Source of the DNA: an uncultured Actinomycetota bacterium
Lineage (GTDB): Bacteria; Actinomycetota; Actinomycetes; S36-B12; GCA-2699445
Length of the DNA: 64,000 nt
Assembly: GCA_963766005.1 (NCBI GenBank)
Contig: CAVXYG010000008.1
Coordinates: forward strand, 193,747-257,746
Direction: 5' to 3'
The position numbers were made by a program, and so were the translations under genes. Positions within the stretch are counted from its first letter, which is position 1. Every line of letters starts with the position of its first letter. Below are positions 1 to 8,854 of the stretch, piece after piece. The notes beneath the pieces were generated by a model. That model did no database searches. It saw only the letters and a list, made by a program, of their open reading frames with translations, and was not told the origin of the DNA.

Positions 1-290
1 AGGGAGAGGATCGCCGCCCGCCGGACTGCGGCCGGCGGCGCAAGACGCTGTCCCACCAGTCGGACCGGTCCGATCCGGGCGTCGTCGGTGCCGCGGATGC
101 CGTCGGAGTAGTCGTTGGCGTAGTTCACGCCGATCTGCAGGCACAGCGCGACGGCCAGGGCGAGCAGGGCGCGCCCCGCGATGAAGGAGCCGTCCACCGC
201 CGCGACGCCGGAGCCCGCTGCGACCGGGGCCACCGCCGCCGGCAGCGTCCGGGGCCGCGCACCGGCGACCCACTGCCCCGCGGTGGCCAC
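1..290 (-). CDS. menA: 1,4-dihydroxy-2-naphthoate polyprenyltransferase (5' part, runs off window)
   Basis: Manual translation from GTG at 290: [23 protein letters not shown]...[18 protein letters not shown] (MenA/UbiA motifs). Absent from the ORF track because there is no stop in the window. Confidence 0.93.
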   Translation of the reverse strand, partial: MATAGQWVAGARPRTLPAAVAPVAAGSGVAAVDGSFIAGRALLALAVALCLQIGVNYANDYSDGIRGTDDARIGPVRLVGQRLAPPAAVRRAAILS

Positions 291-1526
291 TAGGCGACCG
301 TGGGCCGGGTCGGCTTGCCGGTCGGGCCCAGCGGGAGGTCGTTCGACGAGGTCGATACGCCGCGGCTGGCTGGCCCTGCCCAGGCGATCGGCGACCAGTG
401 CCCGCAATTCGGTGCGCAACTGCTCACCCCCGGACTCGTCGGCGTCGGTGACCACGAAGGATGTCGGCACCGCGCCCCATTCGGTGTCGCTCTCGGCAAC
501 GGTGAGGGCGTCGATCACCTGAGGATGGGACCGCAGCGCATTGGACACCGCGCTCAGCGAGACTTTCACGCCGCCGACCTTGACGATGTGGTCCAGCCGG
601 CTGTCTACCGCGAGACCGCCCGGTACCCGGTGGCCGACGTCGGGGGAATGGAAGCCGTCGTCGTGGAAGGCCGCCTCGGTGAGGTCGGGCCGCAGCCGGT
701 ACCCCAGGGCTAGCGTCGGCCCGTCGATCACGATGCGCCCCGGACCGTCGGCGCCGGTGACCCCGCTGTCCGGATCGATGAAGCGCAGCTCCACGCCCGG
801 GATCGGATCGCCGTTGTAGATGACGCCGCCGCACGTCTCGGTGGCCCCGTAGGTCTCCACGAGCCGGATTCCGCGCGCGCGCGCGGCGTCGCGGTCCTCG
901 TCGCGCACGGCAGCACCGCCGACCAGCACCGCTCCGAACCCGGTCAGGGCGTCGAGCCCGGCACCGCCGTCGGCCACGAGCCGTCGCAGTTGTGTTGGCA
1001 CCAGGGAGACATAGGCCGGCGCCCCCAGCTGCTGGGCCTGCTGCTGCACCTGCCGGGCGGTCTGCGCGAACTCTTCGGCGAGGAACGGGCCGGCTCCGCC
1101 GACCGAGGGCAGCGCGACCGGCTCGTGCCCGCTGCGGACGCTGCGCAGGACCGCGATCGCCCCCCCGATGCCGGTCACGGGCACCGCCACCAGCCAGAGG
1201 CCCGGCGCGCCGAGCGTCGCCGCGCCGCGATCGGCCGCAGCGACGAGTGCCGAGGTGGACAGCAGGACCCCGTGCGGCTCTCCGGTCGACCCGCTGGTCG
1301 GCATCACCACTGCCGCGTCGTCACGATCGATCGGGGCGTCGTCGCGCAACGCCGCTGCGAGCGCCGCCGCGTGGTGGCTGCTGGGGCTGTCGTCCAGTAC
1401 GGCGGGCGCGATGGCCACCGGCCGCTCCTCGCCGTGGAGGATCCGCCGCATCGCCTGTGCGACATCGGAGACGCCGATCGGCCCGGGGCGTACCGGGAGG
1501 CGGCGCGGTGTCATTCGACTCATCAT
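290..1526 (-). CDS. menE: o-succinylbenzoate-CoA ligase, with an apparent +1 frameshift near 337-341
   Basis: AMP-binding motifs [22 protein letters not shown] and [13 protein letters not shown] in one frame. The terminal LPLGPTGKP motif and TAG (290-292) lie in another frame. Start at 1526, 1523 or 1514. Confidence 0.88.
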
Positions 1527-1572
1527 CGTTAGCCTAGGCGTGGTGCCATCTCGGTGAAAGGACGGCCCTTCC

Positions 1573-2493
1573 ATGGACTCTCGAACGAGGTACACCCTGC
1601 CCCCGGTCGTGGCCGAGGATTCCCCGGCCCGCACCGATCCGGGGTACTCGAGCATCGAACCGGGCGCGGACTGGGTAGCCCTGGACGGGTTCGGCGATAT
1701 CCGCTATGAGACGGCCGAGGGCATCGCGAAGATCACGATCAACCGGCCCCACAAGCGCAACGCGTTCCGGCCGCAGACGCTGTTCGAGCTGCAGCAGGCG
1801 TTCACCATCGCCCGTGACGACGACGAGGTCGGGGTCATCATCCTCACCGGGCAGGGGGACTGGGCGTTCTGCTCCGGCGGCGACCAGGTGATCCGCGGCA
1901 ACGACGGCTACATCGGCGATGACGAGGTTGCCAAGAAGGGCATCGGCCGGCTCAACGTCCTGGACCTGCAGGTACAGATCCGCCGCACTCCGAAGCCGGT
2001 GATCGCCATGGTGGCCGGGTACGCCATCGGCGGCGGCCACGTGCTGCACGTCGTGTGCGATCTCACGATCGCGGCGGACAACGCCAGGTTCGGCCAGACC
2101 GGGCCCAAGGTGGGCTCCTTCGACGGCGGCTACGGATCGGGCCTGCTCGCGCGCCAGATCGGGCAGAAGCGCGCCCGCGAGGTCTGGATGTTGTGCCGGC
2201 AGTACGGCGCCGAGCAAGCCTACGACTGGGGACTGGTCAACGCCGTGGTGCCGCTGGCCGACCTGGAGCGGGAGACCGTCGCCTGGGCCCGCGAGATGCT
2301 GCAGCTGTCGCCGCTGGCCCTGCGGATGGTCAAGGCCTCCCACAACGCCGCGGACGACGGCCTCGCCGGCATCCAGCAGTTGGCCGGGGACTCAACCCTG
2401 TTGTTCTACATGACCGAGGAGGCCCAGGAGGGCCGCGACGCCTACAAGGAGAAGCGCCGACCGGAGTTCGAGAAGTTCCCCAAACGGCCGTGA
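1573..2493 (+). CDS. menB: 1,4-dihydroxy-2-naphthoyl-CoA synthase
   Basis: [42 protein letters not shown]; men cluster context. Confidence 0.97.
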   Translation: MDSRTRYTLPPVVAEDSPARTDPGYSSIEPGADWVALDGFGDIRYETAEGIAKITINRPHKRNAFRPQTLFELQQAFTIARDDDEVGVIILTGQGDWAFCSGGDQVIRGNDGYIGDDEVAKKGIGRLNVLDLQVQIRRTPKPVIAMVAGYAIGGGHVLHVVCDLTIAADNARFGQTGPKVGSFDGGYGSGLLARQIGQKRAREVWMLCRQYGAEQAYDWGLVNAVVPLADLERETVAWAREMLQLSPLALRMVKASHNAADDGLAGIQQLAGDSTLLFYMTEEAQEGRDAYKEKRRPEFEKFPKRP

Positions 2494-3500
2494 GCGCAGC
2501 GCTGGCCGACGTCCTGGACAGCGCGGTGCCGTTCGCGGTGCCGCTGCGCGTGGGGTTCCGTGGCCTGCGTCGTCGAATCGGGCTGCTCCTCCCAGGTTCG
2601 GCCGGGTGGGGCGAATTCGCTCCGTTCGACGACTACCCCCCGCCGTTGGCCGGCCGTTGGCTGGCCGCCGCGCTCGAGGCCGCACACGCGGGGTGGCCCG
2701 CGCCAGTACGGGATTCCGTGGCGGTGAACGCGATCGTTCCCGCGCTGCGCGCGGGCTCCCCGGAGCTGTCCGACGTGCTGCGCTCGGCTCAACGCGCCGG
2801 ATCCCAGGCCTCGGGCAGCACGCTCGTGGTGAAGGTCAAGGTGACCGGCGATCTCGCGGCCGACACCGCGCGGCTGGCCGAGGTCCGTGCGGTCCTCGGC
2901 GCCGACGCCGGTCTCAGGATCGACATCAACCAGGGGTGGTCGCTGGAGCAGGCGCTGGAGCAGCTGCCGGCGCTGGCGGAGGCCGCCGGCGGCGTGGAGT
3001 ACGTCGAGCAGCCGCTGGCCTCGTTGGCCGAGACGGCGCAGCTGCGGCGTACGACCGGCATCCCGGTTGCCGTGGACGAGTCGCTGCGGCGCGCCATCGA
3101 CCCGTTCGATCCGGACCTGCTTGCCGCCGTCCGCAGTAGCGCCGACGTGGCGGTGCTCAAGGTCGCTCCGCTCGGGGGAGTGCGAGCCGTCTTGCGGCTG
3201 GCCGAGGCACTGGCCATCCCGGTCGTCGTCTCCGGCGCGATGGATACCTCGATCGGCCTGTCCGCGGGCATCGCCGCTGCTTGCGCACTGCCGATGGAGC
3301 CGCGGGCGTGCGGCCTGGGCACCGGGGCCCTGCTGGCGGCCGACCTGATCGCCTCGCCGCTCCTGCCGCGGGATGGCAGGCTGTCGGTTGTGTCCATCGC
3401 GCCCGAACCCGATGCGCTGGCAGCCGCCAGTGCCGCGGTCACGGCGGCGGAGGAGGTCCGCGTGCGCCAGCGGCTCGTCGAGGCGTGGGAGCACCGGTGA
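2490..3500 (+). CDS. menC: o-succinylbenzoate synthase (enolase superfamily)
   Basis: GTG overlaps the menB stop (GTGA); [31 protein letters not shown] motifs. Confidence 0.92.
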   Translation: MSAALADVLDSAVPFAVPLRVGFRGLRRRIGLLLPGSAGWGEFAPFDDYPPPLAGRWLAAALEAAHAGWPAPVRDSVAVNAIVPALRAGSPELSDVLRSAQRAGSQASGSTLVVKVKVTGDLAADTARLAEVRAVLGADAGLRIDINQGWSLEQALEQLPALAEAAGGVEYVEQPLASLAETAQLRRTTGIPVAVDESLRRAIDPFDPDLLAAVRSSADVAVLKVAPLGGVRAVLRLAEALAIPVVVSGAMDTSIGLSAGIAAACALPMEPRACGLGTGALLAADLIASPLLPRDGRLSVVSIAPEPDALAAASAAVTAAEEVRVRQRLVEAWEHR

Positions 3501-5234
3501 ACCCGTCCACAGCCCAGGCGCGCGTCATGGTGGACGCACTGGTCCGCCTCGGCGTGACCGACGCGGTGCTGTCTCCGGGCTCCCGGTCGGCCCCCCTGGC
3601 CTTCGCCTTGGCCCAGGCCGAGCGCTCGGGTCGCATCAGCCTGCATGTGCGCATCGATGAGCGCTCGGCCGGCTTCCTCGCGCTCGGCCTCGCCAAGGCC
3701 GCTCGTCGACCGGTGCCGGTGGTCGTCACCAGCGGCACGGCGGTGGCAAACCTCATGCCGGCGGTCGTCGAGGCGTCCTTCGCCGGCGTGCCGCTGCTCG
3801 TGCTGAGCGCAGACCGGCCGCCAGCGCTGCGCGGGGCGGGTGCGCCGCAGACCATCGACCAGGTGAAGATCTTCGGCACGGCGGTGCGCAGCTTCGTCGA
3901 CGTCGCGCGTGGCCGCCGACGGATCCGGGGAGGCGGCCTACTGGCGCTCGGTGATCGGCCGGGCCGTTGAACGGGCCAGCCACCCCGAAGACCCGGGCCC
4001 GGTCCACGTGAACCTGCCCTTCGACGAACCGCTGGTGCCCGACACCGGCGGGCCGGTCGGGGAGCCGGTGTTCGATGATGAGGGGCAGGCGCGTGCCGTC
4101 CGTCGCGAACCGCGGGCCGACGGGCCGGCGATGGCGCAGGTCCTCGAAACGATCGGGCTGGACTCGATCCCCGAGCGCGGGCTCGTCGTCGTCGGTGACA
4201 TCCCTGTCGGCTCGGACACCGCCGTGCGGATCGCCGCCCTCGCGCAGGCGTGCGGCTGGCCGATCATCGCCGAGCCCACGGCCGAGCTGCATGGTGCCCC
4301 GACCTGGCTGCCTGCCGGTTCGCTGGTCGCCGGCAGTCGCGACTGGCTGCGCGAGCACGAGCCGGAACTCGTGGTGTCCGCCGGGCGCGTGGGATTGACT
4401 CGCGAGGTGGCCGCGCTGGTCCGTTCGGCACGGCACAGGGTGGTCGTCGACCCCTCGTCGCGCTGGTCGGATCCCACGGGCACCGCCGCCGCGGTGGTTG
4501 CAGGCGCAGTGCCGGTTGCGCCGCCAACGACCGACGTCACGACCGTCTGGCTGGCGGCGTGGCTGGCGGCCGGAGCCCGCGCCGCCCGCCGTATCGACGC
4601 GGTGCTCGACGAGGAGCGGATGTTCACCGGACTGCACGTTGCGCGGCACCTCTGGCGATCCGCCCCGGACTCGGCCCTGCTGTTCCTCGCCGCGTCCTGG
4701 CCGATCCGCCAGGTGCAACTGACCGCGGGCGCGCGAACCGGGCTGCGCGTCATGGCGAACCGCGGCGTCAACGGCATCGACGGACTGGTCTCCACCGCCT
4801 GGGGCGCGGCTCTGGCCCATGCGGCGGCAACACGGGGGACGACTGTGGCGATGCTGGGGGATCTGGCCTTCCTGCATGACGGCAACGGCCTGCTGGCACA
4901 GGCAGGGGAGGACCGCCCCCCGCTGCAACTGGTCGTGACCGACAACGACGGCGGCGGGATCTTCTCCCAGTTGGAGCAGGGCAGGCCGGAGTACCGGGCC
5001 GACTTCGAGCGTGTGTTCGGCACCCCGCACGGCCTTCACCTGGTCGGCAGGGCTCGGTTGTGCGGCGTGCCGGCACGCGGCGTCGATGAGGCCGAGTCCT
5101 TCGTGACCGCCCTGGCCGATCCGCCGGAAGGAGCCTCAGTGCTCGTGGCCCAGGTCGCCGACCGTGGATCGGAGGCCGACCTGATGGCCAGAGCGCGCAT
5201 CGAGGCTGTTGCCGCGGTGGCCGAGGCCGGCTAG
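3497..5234 (+). CDS. menD: SEPHCHC synthase, frameshifted near 3908
   Basis: N-part [34 protein letters not shown] in one frame; C-part [26 protein letters not shown] in the next frame. Confidence 0.92.
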
Positions 5235-5549
5235 GGGCACCTGCGGGTGCGGAACTCGACGCCGTAGCCCCGCGTGGCGGAGCCGCTGGCTAGGATGGCC
5301 GCGGGTTCGGCGTTGCTCTCCGCTGGTCGGCCCTGCGGCTGTCCGGATGAGCCGCGGGGGCGGACCCGGCGGGGCCGGTAGCTGACGAGCACGACGAGGG
5401 GGCACTGCGGCCCCCGGAAGAGGCGGAGGATCAGCAGCGGTGCCGAGAAGGCACGGCGGTGCGGGGGAAGGCACCGGCGTTGCCGAGACACGGTTCATCA
5501 GCCAACTGCGGGCTGCGTGTCGGACCTCCTCGGCATCCTCTGATCGTCC

Positions 5550-6368
5550 ATGGCGTACGGGGGAAAGTCGATAGTGGGCGGAGCATCAGATGAGCACGGT
5601 GGCGCAAGCAGTACCGCGCCGAACGACGACCGGGCCGAGCGCATGTGCCGGATGCGGGCCGGGGGGGCCTCTCTTTCCGAGATCGGGCTCGCGTTCGGCC
5701 TGACCAGGGAACGCGTGCGCCAGATCATCCGGGATGCCGGCGGCCCCGGCGGTTCGCAAGCAGAAGCCGCCCGCCGAGCCCGCGAGGAGGAGGAGCGACG
5801 GCAGTTGCGGGAACGCGCGCTGGCGGAGATCCGCCGGGCGCCGGGCTCCACCGTCGACGATGTCGCATCGGCACTCGGCACGACCGCGGACGCGGTGCGC
5901 TCAGCGTTGGGTCCCGAGGCCCGGCGGCTGCTCGTCACGCCGCACCGGTCGACCTCGGTCTTCAGCGACGAGCTGATTCTGGAGCACCTACGGCTGGGTG
6001 CCCGGTACGCGGGGGAGCCGTTGACCGTCCGCAGCTACGACCAGGTGCGGGGATCCTTCGACGGAGCGAGCGCGCCACTGGTGCTGCAGCGCTTCGGGAG
6101 CTGGCGCGACGCATGCGCGGCGGCCGGGGTCGCCCACGGGCAGCCGGTGCGCGCGCACTACTCGCGACGCTGGACGAAGGATCAACTCGTGGACGCTGTG
6201 GCGCAGTACTTGTCGCTGCCGTCGTCGCGCGGTTCCTTCGCGGACTATGAGCGGTGGGCCCGACGGACACCCGGCATGCCCTCGAGCCAGACCATCCGCA
6301 CGCAGTTGGGCACGTGGACTCGAGCGAAGACCCAGGCGTTGCAGCGTCTTGCCAAGCGATCCCTGTGA
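5550..6368 (+). CDS. putative DNA-binding protein: sigma-region-4-like HTH, second HTH, two homing-endonuclease-associated (HNH_repeat-like) repeats
   Basis: SLSEIGLAFGLTRERVRQI; TVDDVASALGTTADAV; repeats FSDELILEHL..Y..RFGSWRDACAAAG and WTKDQLVDAV..Y..PSSQTIRTQLGTW. True start may be downstream (e.g. ATG 5643). Confidence 0.8.
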   Translation: MAYGGKSIVGGASDEHGGASSTAPNDDRAERMCRMRAGGASLSEIGLAFGLTRERVRQIIRDAGGPGGSQAEAARRAREEEERRQLRERALAEIRRAPGSTVDDVASALGTTADAVRSALGPEARRLLVTPHRSTSVFSDELILEHLRLGARYAGEPLTVRSYDQVRGSFDGASAPLVLQRFGSWRDACAAAGVAHGQPVRAHYSRRWTKDQLVDAVAQYLSLPSSRGSFADYERWARRTPGMPSSQTIRTQLGTWTRAKTQALQRLAKRSL

Positions 6369-6469
6369 CGCCGCATGGCGCAGCGCTGCCGGGGCCCGCC
6401 GTCGTGGCCGGCGCCAACCCGGGAGCCGTCGCGTTGCGGCGGCCGCTCTGGGTGCCGGGCGGTGGGCTG

Positions 6470-6976
6470 CTACTTGACCAGCCGCAGCGTGGCGGGGTAG
6501 CGGAACAGCCGTCCCTTCCGGGCCGCGGTGCCAGCCTTCACGAACATGACGGTTTGGAAGACCCAGTAGATCAGCGCGAGGGGCAGCACGAGCCAGCCGA
6601 GCGGGAAGGCGGTCACGGCCTGCACGATGACGACAGCACCCCAGCCGAGGATCCACGTCAGCACGAAGTTCAGCGACTCGGTCGCCTGGGCCGCGACGTA
6701 GGCCGACCGGCTGCCGGCGGTGAGCAGGATCGCGATGGGGATCAGGGCCACGAGCATCCCCGCAGGCCAGAAGACCAGGCCGACCAGGATGGCGACCGGC
6801 GGGCCGTAGTGGCTGCAGGCAGCGATGCTCAGGTCGGCAGCTGTGACCGGCGTGCGCCTGGGCGGCCGCGCAACCGTGGTGATCGGCGCTCGCACGGCCG
6901 CCGGGGCGGTGCCGCCGGGCTGCATCGCGGGGGCAATGCGGGGCCGCTCCAGCGTGGCGGATGGCGAGGATGACAT
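6470..6976 (-). CDS. DUF4870-family membrane protein
   Basis: Three hydrophobic segments, QATESLNF and C-terminal GRLFRYPATLRLVK signature; AAGGAG RBS before ATG 6976. Confidence 0.8.
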   Translation of the reverse strand: MSSSPSATLERPRIAPAMQPGGTAPAAVRAPITTVARPPRRTPVTAADLSIAACSHYGPPVAILVGLVFWPAGMLVALIPIAILLTAGSRSAYVAAQATESLNFVLTWILGWGAVVIVQAVTAFPLGWLVLPLALIYWVFQTVMFVKAGTAARKGRLFRYPATLRLVK

Positions 6977-7055
6977 GGCACTCCTTGACGTTGGCTGACA
7001 GCGCGTCAGCACCAACGGTGTGCCCGGTCGCGGGGTCGAGAAACGCGGCCACGGG

Positions 7056-7071
7056 TGTGATGTCGTGCACG
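7056..7071. promoter_or_regulatory. possible CRP/GlxR-type operator
   Basis: TGTGA-TGTCGT-GCACG versus consensus TGTGA-N6-TCACA, intergenic upstream of the DUF4870 gene. Confidence 0.3.
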
Positions 7072-7140
7072 GTGCCCCGTCGAGGGCTCCGGCGAGAATG
7101 CTTGCGGGCCAACGCAGATCGGCCGCCGATCCGCGTCCCC

Positions 7141-8854
7141 TCAGCGCGCCAGACCGCTCGCACGCCGGATCCTGCGGCCGACGGCGACCGCGACCGCGTC
7201 GCGCGTTCCGACGATCCGCACGCTTTCCTGGGCCCGGGTGATCGCGGTGTAGAGCAGTTCCCGGGTGAGCAGCGGCGAGTCCGCCGTCGGGAGGACGACG
7301 GTGACGCGCCGGTATTGGCTTCCCTGGGCCCTATGGACGGTCAGGGCGTGCAAGGACTCCACGTCGGTGAGTTGGCTCGGGGAGAACTCCGGCCGCGCAT
7401 CGCCCTGGTCGATGACGGCGATCGGTCGGCCCCCGGAGTGCAGGACCACACCGGTCTCCCCGTTGAAGACGCCGAGGTCGTAGTCGTTGCCGGTCACGAT
7501 GAAGGGCCGACCGGGGTACCACTGGCCGGCATCCGCGGGGCGTCCAGTGGCATCCGCGCTCCAAGCATCGATCAGGCGGCTCCAGCGCGCCACGCCGTAC
7601 CGGCCGTCCCGGTGTGCGCAGAGCAGCCGGAACGTGCTCAGCGCCGCCAGCGCTCCGGCAGCATCCCCGCTCTCGGCGCAGCGGGCGAGCTCAGCGGCCT
7701 GGGCGGCGACATCGGGCTCGACCGCAGGGAAGGCGGCGCGGCCGTCGACCGACTCGACGAACTCGACGTTGCCGCCGGCGGTCAAGGCATCCAGCGCGGT
7801 GCCGGGATCCCCGTCACGGACCGCCGCGGCCAGCACTGCGAGGTTCCCGGTGAAGCGGTGGTTCTCCCGCAGGGTCACCAGGTCCGGCCCGGCGTCGCGC
7901 ATGCGAACCAGGTCTCCGAAGACCGCACCCGCCTCGACCGATGCCAGTTGATCGGGGTCCCCGACGAGGATCATCTGCGCCTGTGGCCCCACCGCCTCGA
8001 CCAGGCGAGCCATGAGCGGCAGCGAGACCATCGACATCTCGTCCACGACGACCACGTCGTGCGGAAGCGGGTTGTCGCGGTTGAAGCGGAATGACTCGTG
8101 CGATCCGGGCCGGCGCCGCAGCAGCCGATGGATGGTGGCGGAGCGCAGGTCCGCGATCCACGCCGGTGCCGCGGCCGGGCGCTCCTTGGCGATGGCCTCG
8201 TGCAGCCGGGCCGCGGCCTTGCCGGTCGGCGCCGCGACCGCGATGCTGAGTTCGCGTCCGTGGACGTCGGCCAGGATCGCGAGGATGTGCGCCACGGTCC
8301 AGGTCTTGCCGGTGCCGGGTCCGCCGGCGATCAGGGTCGTGCGCGACGTCGCGGCAACGCGGGCGGCTTCGGCCTGCTCCGCCGAGGGCGCGTGGCCGGG
8401 GTCGGCGAACATCCTGGCGATCGCTGACCTGCACGACCTCGGCGGGCGGACTCGGCGCCTCGCCCCGGGCGAGCATCGCGTACCGGATCACTTCTTCGTC
8501 CTGCCAGTACCGTTGCAGGTAGAGCCGGTCGTCGATGAGGCGCAGCGGTCGATCCGCGGGGGCATCGCCGACCCGCACCAGCGCGCTGCCCGCCAGCATC
8601 GCCCGCCACGCGGACGGCTCCGGCCACGGCGGCACTGCTGGCGGCGCGGGCACGGGCGGGTGGGCGTCCAGCAGGAGGCACACCGCGCCGCGGCGCAGTT
8701 CCGCGACGCACAGCGCTGCCGCGAGCACCACCTCGAATCGCGAGTCGCCTCCGATTCGTCCCAGCCGGGCAGCGATCAGGGCGTCGCCCTCGCTGATCGC
8801 GCCGATGTCCACGTACCCGCCCAGCGGGTGGGCCGAGGTCGGCGTCCCGGTCAC
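7141..8854 (-). CDS. recD: exodeoxyribonuclease V alpha subunit, frameshifted near 8430
   Basis: N-domain RLYLQRYWQDE in one frame; GGPGTGKT, APTGKAA, TIHRLL, VDEMSM, GDPDQL, TVHRAQGSQY, LLYTAITRA in the next. GTG overlaps the recB stop. Confidence 0.93.
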
